DNA of 64,000 nucleotides from IMG/VR virus record IMGVR_UViG_3300009610_000003, positions 18,173 through 82,172 of that record. The stretch is one strand, 5' to 3'. Positions within the stretch are counted from its first letter, which is position 1. Every line of letters begins with the position of its first letter. Source of the stretch: a virus. Shown here piece by piece: positions 19,589 through 28,202 of this stretch. Under the pieces are notes generated by a model, which worked only from the letters and a program-made list of their open reading frames with translations, ran no database searches and was not told the origin of the DNA. A program made the translations under genes and the position numbers.

Positions 19589-20064
19589 CCCGGACCTGCT
19601 GTCGCTGTGACTGATTTGGTGGTGGCGATCACCGTGGTGGGTGCCGCGTTCTCTGCCGCGCCCGTGTTGCGCAGCGTCAGGTTGAGCGCGGCAATCACCG
19701 TGATCTGGAACACGCCCGCCGTGGCGACGGTCACGCACATCCCCACGGCGAGCCCCGTGGTCGCAGCCACAGGCACGACCACGGTCGCACCCACAGCGGG
19801 CTGCGTGAACCCTGCGGTGGTCGTGGTCGGCGTCACGCCCGAGGGGCGCGTAAGCTGCACATCGGTGTCGCAGGCCGCCTGCGCCAGCGCGATGCTGGCA
19901 TAGGGGCCTGATGTTTTGCGGGTGGTGCGGTATTTCGCGCTGTTGGTGCGGTCAACGAAATACTCGTTGCCGAAGCGCCGGATGCGATGGCCGTATCGGC
20001 CACTGTCGAAGAAGGCCGGGATGGCACCATAGTTTCGGATGTAGGCGTGCGAGGTGACGGCCAT
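19585..20064 (-). CDS. Hypothetical protein, possibly virion-associated
   Basis: Thr/Ala/Val-rich C-terminal beta domain (TTAGFTQPAVGATVVV..NTGAAENAAP), coupled to terS. Confidence 0.65.
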   Translation of the reverse strand: MAVTSHAYIRNYGAIPAFFDSGRYGHRIRRFGNEYFVDRTNSAKYRTTRKTSGPYASIALAQAACDTDVQLTRPSGVTPTTTTAGFTQPAVGATVVVPVAATTGLAVGMCVTVATAGVFQITVIAALNLTLRNTGAAENAAPTTVIATTKSVTATAGPG

Positions 20065-20561
20065 CAGCTTTCCTTCTCAGCCTCTTCCTGCGCCTTGGCA
20101 CGGTCGGCCATGGCCTTGATGCGACGCCTGAGTTCCGCCGTGTGATCGACCTGCACTGGCGCTTCCTCCCGCTGCACGGTGGTGATCGTCGCCTTGGGGC
20201 CATAGCGCATCGGGTCGGTCTTCTCGGTGTAGATTTTCCCGGCGGTGACCCGCGTGCTGGCGTCCCATGTCCCAGCTTTGCCGTCTTCAAGGATGCCGTC
20301 AACCAGCAATTCGGTCTGAATGGTCTTCGCCTTGCGATATTTCAGGTTGAACGCGGGTTCCTGTTCCATCCACAGGAGGAAGGTTCCGGGCAGGGGGTAG
20401 TCGCGATTGTTCGAACACAGCGCGTTCAGCGTCTCGCCGTTCATGACCCGCAGGATGATCGCATCGGCCAGATCGGGGTCGAAGTCGAGCGGCCTGCGCA
20501 GGTAGTCGTCTTCGGCCCAGCGCGGCTGGTAGACGGTCACTTGTGGGACGGGGCGGGGCAT
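20064..20561 (-). CDS. terS: Terminase small subunit (HTH type)
   Basis: FDPDLADAIILRVMNGETLNALC..P...TFLLW..F..KY..AK pattern. First gene of the leftward late region. Confidence 0.75.
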   Translation of the reverse strand: MPRPVPQVTVYQPRWAEDDYLRRPLDFDPDLADAIILRVMNGETLNALCSNNRDYPLPGTFLLWMEQEPAFNLKYRKAKTIQTELLVDGILEDGKAGTWDASTRVTAGKIYTEKTDPMRYGPKATITTVQREEAPVQVDHTAELRRRIKAMADRAKAQEEAEKES

Positions 20562-20670
20562 AATTCAGGGGGGAACTTAACGCCCTTCCGGGGGGCAGGC
20601 AACTGGATGAGCGTTATATTCTTGACGCTACGACGATGGGTCAAAAAGGGGCAAAAAACTGCACGCCAGA

Positions 20671-20808
20671 AAAAACCAATAGAAAACCAATAGGCGCTAA
20701 GTGCTTATAAAAGCTCGCGTATACGTGAACACTATTAGATTTTTACGCTTTTGCTCGCGCGCGATTTTTGCAAATGAGGGTTCACGCGTACGCGATTAAA
20801 ATAAGAGA
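20671..20808. repeat. AT-rich element with internal direct and inverted repeats, copy A
   Basis: AAACCAATAG twice, then TCGCGTATACGTGAAC...GTTCACGCGTACGCGA. Colinear with 52731-52871. Confidence 0.8.
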
Positions 20809-20873
20809 TAATAGGGCTTGTGCAGCCACCCCGGATATGCGACAAGGTTGGATCGGCCCAACCAGCCGACCCG

Positions 20874-20898
20874 ACCAACCAACCACGAAAGACCAACC
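20874..20898 (+). promoter_or_regulatory. ACCAACCAACCAC start-associated leader
   Basis: The same motif precedes the start codons at 24245, 24575, 25949 and 43351(-), with a partial copy before 24905. Confidence 0.7.
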
Positions 20899-21423
20899 AT
20901 GAACCCCATCGAAACCGCCGTCGCCCCCTTGAAGGCCGACGCTATCGCCCGCGCCGAAACCGAGGCTCAGGCGGCCATCGCCCGTGCCCATGCCAAGCTC
21001 GCCGAGTTTGGCTGGGACGTTGACAAGGCCGCGCCCCGCCCGAACGGCAACATGGGCCGCGCCCAGTACAAGACCATGATGGCCCGCCACAACTGGCTGC
21101 TCAGCCTGACCGACCACACCAAGTCGTACCACCGCCACGGTGAGCCGCATATCCGCGCGGCGTCCCCGGAACGCGAAGCCCGCTACATCGTCGCTGCCCG
21201 CGAGCAGGCCGCCGCTCAGTACGACCTCTTCGTCATGAAGCTGGTGCGCAAGGTCGGCGATTGCCTGACCGCCACGCTCACCGGCTCGCACGTCTGGGGC
21301 CACAGCATCCTCACCGTTGGCAAGGCCGATGGCACCACCGAGCGCTGGAAGACCCAGCAGATTGTCAACCAGTCGGTGCTGGGGACGATCTTCAACCAGT
21401 GGCCGAGCCGGAAGGTCAAGTGA
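20899..21423 (+). CDS. Early hypothetical protein
   Basis: MNPIETAVAPLK.. after the leader motif, strong phage codon bias. Confidence 0.8.
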   Translation: MNPIETAVAPLKADAIARAETEAQAAIARAHAKLAEFGWDVDKAAPRPNGNMGRAQYKTMMARHNWLLSLTDHTKSYHRHGEPHIRAASPEREARYIVAAREQAAAQYDLFVMKLVRKVGDCLTATLTGSHVWGHSILTVGKADGTTERWKTQQIVNQSVLGTIFNQWPSRKVK

Positions 21424-21629
21424 TGGCCCACCCCGCCGACCGCTTCATCAAGGCGACCGATGCCCCACGGGGCATCGTTCGTGCCTGCACGCTGTGCAGG
21501 TTCTCGGACCTCGTCCTGAAGCCCCGCCCCGGCACCGCCGGGCGCGGCTGGGGGATGCGCGAGGGCAACAAGCAGCGCGGTCGCCTGATCGCGCACATCA
21601 AGACCGCTCACCCGGAGGTGCTGGCATGA
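21423..21629 (+). CDS. Small C2H2-like zinc-binding protein
   Basis: CTLC..HIKTAH, TGATG coupling. Confidence 0.6.
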   Translation: MAHPADRFIKATDAPRGIVRACTLCRFSDLVLKPRPGTAGRGWGMREGNKQRGRLIAHIKTAHPEVLA

Positions 21630-21892
21630 CCGCCACCCTCCGCGACGTGAAGAAGGCCGCCGCCCTGATCGGGGCGACGGTCGTGGACGACAAGGCGTAT
21701 GGCACCCACGAATGCACCGTCGAAGCGCCGCACCGCTATCGATGGGCCGATGGCCTGCACATGTTCGTAGACTGCACCAACCAGCCGTGGAAGCCCGACT
21801 ACCAAGACCTGCTTGACCGTATGAGCTACGGCATTGAACCCTGCACCGACCCCGAGTGCGACTGGTGCAACAGCGACGAGGACGACCAGTGA
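21626..21892 (+). CDS. Hypothetical Cys-rich protein
   Basis: MTATLRDVKK..PCTDPECDWC, GGAGG RBS. Confidence 0.7.
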   Translation: MTATLRDVKKAAALIGATVVDDKAYGTHECTVEAPHRYRWADGLHMFVDCTNQPWKPDYQDLLDRMSYGIEPCTDPECDWCNSDEDDQ

Positions 21893-21894
21893 CC

Positions 21895-22131
21895 ATGAAA
21901 CAATTTTTCGCCCCGCTGCTGATCGTGCTGACCCCTATCGGCGTTCTGGCCACCATTCACGGTGGCCAGAATTACCAGCGCCATCAGCTTGAGCAGACAC
22001 GGCAACACGACCGCGACACCTGTGATGCGCTCGCCGAGATTGCCGCCCTGAAGCACGTGTACGTCATCACCACGCAGGAGGTGCAACGCTGCGAAGATCG
22101 CTATCAGAAAAAATGGGGCTCGACCCGATGA
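21895..22131 (+). CDS. Small protein with hydrophobic N-terminus
   Basis: MKQFFAPLLIVLTPIGVLATI.. Confidence 0.55.
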   Translation: MKQFFAPLLIVLTPIGVLATIHGGQNYQRHQLEQTRQHDRDTCDALAEIAALKHVYVITTQEVQRCEDRYQKKWGSTR

Positions 22132-22280
22132 CCCGCGTTCAGCTCCGCCGTCTGGCGATACTCACCGAGCTTGTGAAGCTGTCCAAGGACGGGTGGGCCA
22201 ACGCCCGCCCCTGCGACTACGAACCCCTTGAGGCCGAGCTTCGCTCGCTCGCCCAACCCACCGGAAAGGTGAAACCATGA
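22128..22280 (+). CDS. Hypothetical protein (50 aa)
   Basis: Fills the gap with ATGA overlaps at both ends. Confidence 0.5.
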   Translation: MTRVQLRRLAILTELVKLSKDGWANARPCDYEPLEAELRSLAQPTGKVKP

Positions 22281-22471
22281 CCGACATCGAACGCGACGCC
22301 CGCGAATACTGGGCGCTTCTCCACTCTGCCCCCAATGGCTGGGGGCAGCACGTCCATCCGCGCTACGGCGCGTCCCACTACATGCTGCTGGCCATGTGCC
22401 AGCGGCATGGCAAGGATGCCTTCGACGCCGCGCTTGACGCGACGCGGGCGAGCGTCCTCGCACAAGCCTGA
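22277..22471 (+). CDS. Hypothetical protein
   Basis: AAGGTG RBS, followed by a hairpin. Confidence 0.65.
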   Translation: MTDIERDAREYWALLHSAPNGWGQHVHPRYGASHYMLLAMCQRHGKDAFDAALDATRASVLAQA

Positions 22472-22541
22472 AGCCTACCGGCCTGCCCTGTGGGCTATGG
22501 GGCAGGCCGTCAATCTCAACCCAAACATTGGAACCAAAACC

Positions 22542-23483
22542 ATGCGCTACAACCCCGTTAAAATCCGCATTCTCTGCGCCACCAACCCCAAGAAATTCGG
22601 CACCGCCGCTTGGGCTCGCTTCAACCTGTACCGGGATGGCATGACCATTCCCGAGTTCAAGGCCGCTGGCGGCTGGCAGGAAGACATCACCAACGACCTC
22701 GCCAAGGGCTTCATCAGCCTCTCAAACTTGGACAACCGCCCCGATGGCACCGCCCCGAACGGCGCTCAGAACAGCAACCGGCAGGCCGCTATCGCCCGCA
22801 TCAGGGCGCTCGCCGCCAAGACCATCGACAACGGCTGCACCGAGGCCGAGGCCATGTCCGCCGCCGCCAAGATGGGCCAGTTGATGGACAAGTATGGCAT
22901 CGCGTCCAGCGAGACTGAAATCCGCGACGAGAAGTGCCTGACCGGCATTCACGGCGGCGAGCGCAAGAAGCGCCACGAAAGCCAGTGGGTGTCATCAGCC
23001 GTGGGCAAATACTGCTCTTGCCGCGTCTGGTATCGCACCGGCACCGGGAACATCTGTTTCTTCGGCCTGCCCAGTGACGTGGAAGTCGCCACGTACCTCA
23101 TGCGTGTCATCGAAGGGTCGATGAACCGCTCGTTCAAAGACTATAAGCGCGATCCTTTCTTCCCCTCACACGAAAGCTCGCGCCGGGTGCGCAACACGTT
23201 CATGAACGGGTTTGCCCGGCGCGTGAACGCCCGGCTCGCCGAAATGCTCGCCGCCCGCGAGGCCGAGGCCCCCAAGACCACCACCGGCACCTCGCTGGTC
23301 GTGGTCAGGAACGCCGTGGTCGCCGAGCAGTACGAGGCCCTTGGCCTGCGCCTGCGCAACACCACCAGCCAGCGTGCGATGAGCTACAGCAACGCCGCTC
23401 ACGAAGCGGGCATGAAGGCCGGTGACCGGGTGCATCTGGGCAGCGCCATCAGGGGCGGTGGCGAGAACCGCCGCCTGCACTGA
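22542..23483 (+). CDS. NPKK domain fused to a DUF2786-like protein
   Basis: N-terminal NPKKFGTAAWARFNLYRDGMTI, then IARIRALAAKT..GCTEAEAMSAAAK..LM.KYGI and FFGLPSDVEVA.Y. Confidence 0.8.
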   Translation: MRYNPVKIRILCATNPKKFGTAAWARFNLYRDGMTIPEFKAAGGWQEDITNDLAKGFISLSNLDNRPDGTAPNGAQNSNRQAAIARIRALAAKTIDNGCTEAEAMSAAAKMGQLMDKYGIASSETEIRDEKCLTGIHGGERKKRHESQWVSSAVGKYCSCRVWYRTGTGNICFFGLPSDVEVATYLMRVIEGSMNRSFKDYKRDPFFPSHESSRRVRNTFMNGFARRVNARLAEMLAAREAEAPKTTTGTSLVVVRNAVVAEQYEALGLRLRNTTSQRAMSYSNAAHEAGMKAGDRVHLGSAIRGGGENRRLH

Positions 23484-23550
23484 CCGGCCCCAGCCAAGCC
23501 CCCGCGTGAAAGCGCGGGGGTCACCCCATCCCCTGACGAGGAAACCTGCC

Positions 23551-23988
23551 ATGACCGCCACCCACCTTGCCGCGTGCGACGCCCGAGCTATCCGCTTCGC
23601 CCTTGCCCTGCCCGACAGCGCCGACCTGCCCTACCCCAGCGCCGAGGTGCTGGCCTGCCTTGACCTCAGCCATGACGTGCCGGTGATGATCGCCACAGCC
23701 GTCCTGCGGGGCCGCCTGACGCGGTGTCCCCCGGACATGCGCCTGACCCCCAAGCCGTGGCCGAAACTGCCCACAGCCGCCTCTGTGCCGGTCAAGAAGG
23801 GCCGCGTATCCGGGGATGCCGTGCTGGCCACGTGCGCGCCGAACCCCAAGAAACCCGGCAGCGCCGCGCGCGAGCGGTATGCCCGCTACGCCATCGGCCT
23901 GACCAAGAACCAGCTACGCGGGCTTGGGCTGACGCTGGAAGACCTGCTGGACGATTGCGAGAAGGGTTTCATCACATGGGCCACATGA
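23551..23988 (+). CDS. Hypothetical protein with C-terminal NPKK domain
   Basis: GAGGA RBS, NPKKPGSAARERYARY..EDLLDD.EKGFITW. Confidence 0.7.
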   Translation: MTATHLAACDARAIRFALALPDSADLPYPSAEVLACLDLSHDVPVMIATAVLRGRLTRCPPDMRLTPKPWPKLPTAASVPVKKGRVSGDAVLATCAPNPKKPGSAARERYARYAIGLTKNQLRGLGLTLEDLLDDCEKGFITWAT

Positions 23989-24155
23989 TCGGGTACACGC
24001 TCGTTGCCACGCTTGCCCGCCGCGCTGGCCTGACCTGCCACTTCGATGGCGCATACCTCGTCTTCCGCCGTGCTGATGGCACCGAGGCCGGGCGCACGCT
24101 GATGGACGACAACGGCATGGCCAGCCGCCATGCGGTCGAACTTATTTTGAAATAG
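23985..24155 (+). CDS. Hypothetical protein
   Basis: MIGYTLVATL.., ATGA overlap. Confidence 0.5.
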   Translation: MIGYTLVATLARRAGLTCHFDGAYLVFRRADGTEAGRTLMDDNGMASRHAVELILK

Positions 24156-24244
24156 GGGTAGACGCACGATCCAACCCGTGCCATAAGCGTTTCGGGTCGC
24201 TCAACCAAGCGGCCCGCGACCAACCAACCACAGGAACCAGCCAC

Positions 24245-24511
24245 ATGACCTACCGCAATCTCCGTTACCTCTGCGCCGCGATCTGCCGCGCCGAGGGCGA
24301 CTTCTCCCAGCCTGCTTTCGCGATCTACAACGATCACGGCAGGGTTCTCCGCTTCGGCACCGACCGCACGGCCATGCTGAAGCTCTTCAACCGCGCCTAC
24401 GACCGCATTCCCGGCCTGCACATCAGCGCCGTGTGGGCTCAGAACGACTACCAGCCCGTCGCCGACGCTGCCGAACGCGCGCTGGCACGCTGGGAAGCTG
24501 CCAACCTGTGA
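24245..24511 (+). CDS. Early hypothetical protein
   Basis: ACCAACC leader plus AGGA RBS. Confidence 0.75.
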   Translation: MTYRNLRYLCAAICRAEGDFSQPAFAIYNDHGRVLRFGTDRTAMLKLFNRAYDRIPGLHISAVWAQNDYQPVADAAERALARWEAANL

Positions 24512-24574
24512 CCTGAACCGGGAGGGCTTCGGCCCTCCCGCCACCAACCACCAACCACGAAGGAACCAGCCACA

Positions 24575-24850
24575 ATGACCACCACCGACCACGACATCCG
24601 CCGCGACCCCGCCTACATGCGCTTCTGGCACGCCATCAACGAGGGCCGCGCCCTGCTGGGCCTGCCCGAGGCGCTTTTCGGCAACGTCCATGCCATGTGG
24701 ATGCAGGCCATGCAGGTCACCCAGACCGAGTTCAACTGTGCCGCCCTGCGCGGCACGACCCCGCAGCCGAGCGCCGAGCGCATCGACCCCTACGAGGCGC
24801 AGACGCGGGCCAATCGCTCGTACGCCATCAACCGCGCCAACCAGCGCTGA
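24575..24850 (+). CDS. Early hypothetical protein
   Basis: ACCAACC leader plus AAGGA RBS, preceded by a C-UUCG-G hairpin (24519-24540). Confidence 0.75.
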   Translation: MTTTDHDIRRDPAYMRFWHAINEGRALLGLPEALFGNVHAMWMQAMQVTQTEFNCAALRGTTPQPSAERIDPYEAQTRANRSYAINRANQR

Positions 24851-24858
24851 ACCCAACC

Positions 24859-24887
24859 GGGGCCGCCTGACCAGCGGCCCCATTTTT
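24859..24887 (+). terminator. Intrinsic terminator
   Basis: GGGGCCGC..GCGGCCCC followed by ATTTTT. Confidence 0.6.
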
Positions 24888-24904
24888 CTCAAGGAACCAA
24901 CCAC

Positions 24905-25093
24905 ATGACCCGAGTTCAAATTCCCGTCTGGTCCGACAGATGGATGCGCGGCGACAGGTATGGCGAAATCGTCAAGATCGTCGTCAGGCCCGAGCCCAAT
25001 CGCGACGGCACCTACAAGCTCGCCCGCATCAAGCTGGACAAGTCGGGCAAGGTCGTCAGCTTCCCGCTCGCCGACTGTGAAGTGCTGTCATGA
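24905..25093 (+). CDS. Small SH3-like hypothetical protein
   Basis: WMRGDRYGEIVK..RIKLDKSGK, AAGGA RBS. Confidence 0.7.
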   Translation: MTRVQIPVWSDRWMRGDRYGEIVKIVVRPEPNRDGTYKLARIKLDKSGKVVSFPLADCEVLS

Positions 25094-25299
25094 GCGCCAC
25101 CCTGACCAAGCGCCAGCGCGACATGCTGCGCGACCTTGACCGCGACGGCGAGGCGACCGACTACGCCAGCTTCGCCGACCGCGCGCCCGGCGGGCTCGCT
25201 TGGCGCAACCGCGAGCGGGTCATCGACGCCCTGCACCGCAAGGGCCTGATCGACGGCGACCTCGCCCTGACGCCAGCCGGGAAGGAGGTGCTGGCATGA
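25090..25299 (+). CDS. Small winged-helix-like protein
   Basis: LTKRQRDML..IDALHRKGLID..LTPAGKEVL. Confidence 0.6.
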   Translation: MSATLTKRQRDMLRDLDRDGEATDYASFADRAPGGLAWRNRERVIDALHRKGLIDGDLALTPAGKEVLA

Positions 25300-25808
25300 C
25301 CTCCCCCCTGCTCACCGTGCCCACCCTGCGCACCCTGCTCGCCGACACCGTGACCAACTGGTCGCGGCTGGGTGCGCCCGCGCTCTGCGAGCGCTTCGTG
25401 CTGAACAACGGCTGGGTGTTCAAGGGCCGCAAGCTGCCCAAGAGCTACGTCAGGGGCGAGCCCAAGAACTGTTTCCAGAACGCCGCCGACCTCGCCTCGC
25501 AGAACCGTACCCGCCTGCGCTACGTCGAAGGCTACGCCATGCGCAACCGCCTGCTGTTCCCGACGCTGCACGCTTGGTGCATCGACAGCAAAGACCGGGT
25601 GATCGACCCGACATGGGACGACCCCCAGCACTGCCAGTACATGGGCGTCCCCATGACGGCGGGGGAATGCTGGGCCGAGATGAAGCGAACCGGCGTCTAC
25701 GGCCTGATCGACCCCGGCATGGTCAACTACGAATGGATGTTCCGCCTTGACCCCGGCCTCAAGGCCGAGGTCGAGGCCGTGGTCGGCAAGGTGAACCTTC
25801 CGGGGTAA
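25296..25808 (+). CDS. Putative Cys-His-Asp (papain/transglutaminase-like) enzyme
   Basis: KNCFQNA..YVEGYA..LHAWC.D..VIDPTW. Confidence 0.6.
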   Translation: MTSPLLTVPTLRTLLADTVTNWSRLGAPALCERFVLNNGWVFKGRKLPKSYVRGEPKNCFQNAADLASQNRTRLRYVEGYAMRNRLLFPTLHAWCIDSKDRVIDPTWDDPQHCQYMGVPMTAGECWAEMKRTGVYGLIDPGMVNYEWMFRLDPGLKAEVEAVVGKVNLPG

Positions 25809-25830
25809 ACGATTTGACCCGGAAGAAACT

Positions 25831-25856
25831 GGGGGCTTCGGCCCCCTTTTTCTTTT
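25831..25856 (+). terminator. Intrinsic terminator
   Basis: GGGGGC-TTCG-GCCCCC-TTTTTCTTTT. Confidence 0.8.
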
Positions 25857-25948
25857 GCCGGGGCTTGCGCCGAGTAGGATCGTGCGTTATGACCTGAACC
25901 GGGTCGCAACCAACGGCCCCCGACCAACCAACCACAAGGCCAACCACC

Positions 25949-26224
25949 ATGAACACCACCACCCTGCACTACTACCGCCAGTTCCGTGCCCACCAGCACG
26001 CCGTCGCCATGGACGGCAGCGGCAGTCTGACCGTCTACCCGAGCGGGCGCACCGAGACGAGCTATGGCAGCGCGCCCTATGGCGAACACGCGCTCAGCGC
26101 CTACCTCAGCGCCAAGTGCCACATCGCCTTTCGCCAGCGCCTCGCCGCTGACGTTGCCGACCACAAGAAGCGCAGCCGCGCCGCCAAGCAGGCGTGGAAG
26201 ACCCGCCGGGCGGGGGCACGCTGA
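25949..26224 (+). CDS. Early hypothetical protein
   Basis: ACCAACC leader, basic C-terminus RSRAAKQAWKTRR. Confidence 0.7.
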   Translation: MNTTTLHYYRQFRAHQHAVAMDGSGSLTVYPSGRTETSYGSAPYGEHALSAYLSAKCHIAFRQRLAADVADHKKRSRAAKQAWKTRRAGAR

Positions 26225-26409
26225 TGACCTACGTCATCGACGGCTTCATCCCCCACTGGGACACCCCGGCCCTGCCCCGTCCCCACTGGACGACCATCGC
26301 CTGCACGAAGAGCCTCGCCGAGGCCCGTGCCCTGCTCAAGGCGGCCAACAGCGACCCTCGCTTCAAGCGCGGGCGGGTGCTGGCCGCCGGGGTGGAGGTC
26401 ACGATATGA
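26224..26409 (+). CDS. Hypothetical protein
   Basis: MTYVIDGF.., TGATG coupling. Confidence 0.6.
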   Translation: MTYVIDGFIPHWDTPALPRPHWTTIACTKSLAEARALLKAANSDPRFKRGRVLAAGVEVTI

Positions 26410-26615
26410 GCGTCAGCCAGAACACCCAGCGCGGCCTTTACGCGCGGTCGTGCGACGAAACCCACTTCGCCCGCGACGCCGTCGCCGCCGAGGTCAAGGC
26501 CACGGCGCTGCGCGCCACCGGCCTTTACCAGCGCATCGAAATGCGCAGGTGGAACAATGGCACCCGCCAGCAGGCCCGTTGGGAATACAAGATCATGGCG
26601 TGGCGCAAAGCCTGA
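26406..26615 (+). CDS. Hypothetical protein
   Basis: MSVSQNTQRG.., GGAGG RBS, ATGA overlap. Confidence 0.6.
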   Translation: MSVSQNTQRGLYARSCDETHFARDAVAAEVKATALRATGLYQRIEMRRWNNGTRQQARWEYKIMAWRKA

Positions 26616-26638
26616 CCGGGGGAACCGGAAAATCCCGA

Positions 26639-26660
26639 GGGGGCCGCGAGGCCCCCTTTT
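26639..26660 (+). terminator. Intrinsic terminator
   Basis: GGGGGCC-GCGA-GGCCCCC-TTTT. Confidence 0.75.
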
Positions 26661-26695
26661 CATTTGGGGCCGGATCAGCGTACCGTGCCGCCGCG

Positions 26696-27145
26696 ATGCC
26701 CACCTTTGCGCACGATCCCTCCCGCGTTCACCCGCCTGCGAGCGCGGGCGGCTACCCGTCAATCGCCGAGGAAGAGCGGACATCGCGGGCAGTACCGGCA
26801 CCACGCGAGGTCGTCCCGGAACCGCCACGTACCCGCTCTGTCTACGACGACAAGATAACCCTTGTGTCCATCGCCTTGGGCGAAAGCGGGATGCCGCACC
26901 GCGTCGTGTTCGTGAACACGCATCGCCAGTACCGGGGACAAGGCCGGGCCACCAACATGCTCAACACCGCACTGGGCGATATGGACGCTGATGGCCGACC
27001 GTCCGAAATCTATGTCCGAAATGTTGAGCCCGACTGCGATGTCGGTCGCCTCGTCGCGTTCTTTGCACGTTTTGGCTACGGGCAAGCAGACCCCGACCCG
27101 GATGAACCCGACACGCCCCACCTCACCCGCCCCGCTGGTGGTTGA
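26696..27145 (+). CDS. GNAT-family acetyltransferase
   Basis: Motif A VNTHRQYRGQGRAT.ML and motif B RLVAFFARFGY. Start is uncertain. Confidence 0.7.
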   Translation: MPTFAHDPSRVHPPASAGGYPSIAEEERTSRAVPAPREVVPEPPRTRSVYDDKITLVSIALGESGMPHRVVFVNTHRQYRGQGRATNMLNTALGDMDADGRPSEIYVRNVEPDCDVGRLVAFFARFGYGQADPDPDEPDTPHLTRPAGG

Positions 27146-27320
27146 CGCGCTTTTCGCGGTGACCATCACCGGCCTGACGGCCCGCACCTGCCGCTGGCCT
27201 CTCTGGGGGCACGACGACCGCCCCAACCGCAAGTCGCTCTACTGCGGCCTGCCGCCGCTCGCCCCCGACCAGCCCTACTGCGCCGCTCACGCCCACCTCG
27301 CCTACAAGGAACCCCGATGA
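27138..27320 (+). CDS. Stand-alone GcrA C-terminal-like domain
   Basis: ITGLTARTCRWPLWG..YCG.P...PYCAAH..LAY. GTG start assumed. Confidence 0.75.
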   Translation: MVDALFAVTITGLTARTCRWPLWGHDDRPNRKSLYCGLPPLAPDQPYCAAHAHLAYKEPR

Positions 27321-27505
27321 CCGCCACCACCATGGCTTGCTGCCCGTTCTGTCGCAAAGTGTTCCAGTTTGAATGGGGCGAGGCGATCACCACCGTGATC
27401 GACGGCAAGCGGCGCTTCGTCTGCCAGCCGTGCAACGACAGGCTGATGGTTATCGCCAAGACTGCCGCCCCGCAGAAAAGCAACGGCTCGGTTCCGGCGG
27501 GATAA
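27317..27505 (+). CDS. Zinc-ribbon protein
   Basis: CPFC..CQPC, AAGGA RBS. Confidence 0.6.
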   Translation: MTATTMACCPFCRKVFQFEWGEAITTVIDGKRRFVCQPCNDRLMVIAKTAAPQKSNGSVPAG

Positions 27506-27509
27506 AAAT

Positions 27510-27538
27510 TTGCCCGAATAAAAAAAGGATCGTACAAC
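27510..27538 (+). promoter_or_regulatory. AAGGATCG-class promoter
   Basis: TTGCCC-gaataaaaaAAGGATCG-TACAAC (17-bp spacer). Confidence 0.7.
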
Positions 27539-27579
27539 GGAAGCTCTAAACCACCGGACACCGGACAGGAGAGTTTTCC

Positions 27580-27867
27580 GTGACCAATCTTGTAGTGCCT
27601 ACCGTAAATCTCAACGGCAACGACGCCGATGACCTCGTCGCCCAGCTTCGCGACGTGCTGAAGGCTCTGGACGATGCCAACAGCCAGATGGGCGCTGCCA
27701 GCGACATCTGGCATGGCCGCAACTTCCAGCTTGCCCCCGACCCGCAGCGCGCCCAGTTCGATGCGCAGATCGCGTGGACGGAACGCCGCCTCGTCATCGC
27801 CAAGATGCGCGACGAAATCATGGAACTGGCCTTGGCCGTTCAGGAACAGGGGCGTGTCAGGGCATGA
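27580..27867 (+). CDS. Conserved phage hypothetical protein
   Basis: PTVNLNGN..L..Q..HGRNFQ, AGGAG RBS. Confidence 0.75.
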   Translation: MTNLVVPTVNLNGNDADDLVAQLRDVLKALDDANSQMGAASDIWHGRNFQLAPDPQRAQFDAQIAWTERRLVIAKMRDEIMELALAVQEQGRVRA

Positions 27868-28202
27868 TCGTCCACGTCTTCCACAACGCCACCCACGTGG
27901 CGACCATCGCCGCGCCCGGCGACCTCAATACCGACGAGGCGCTGGAATTCGCGTGGCGCTGGACGCAGAACGTGGACGGCTCTTGGTCGGTGCCCGGCTC
28001 TGCCGACTATCATGAGCGCGTCAAGGTCGTGGCCCCGCTGCGCGAGCATCAGGGCCGTACCTTTGGCCACCGCTCAAGCGCGGTCGGCGACATCTTCACC
28101 ACCGGGACGCGCACCTTCGTGGTCGCGTCCACGGGCTTCCGGGAACTGACCGAGGTCGCCGAGCTTATCGGGGAAGTCATGGGGAAGCCCCATGCGGCTT
28201 GA
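27864..28202 (+). CDS. YodL-like protein
   Basis: LEFAWRWTQN..GHRSSAVGDI..FVVASTGF. Confidence 0.55.
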   Translation: MIVHVFHNATHVATIAAPGDLNTDEALEFAWRWTQNVDGSWSVPGSADYHERVKVVAPLREHQGRTFGHRSSAVGDIFTTGTRTFVVASTGFRELTEVAELIGEVMGKPHAA

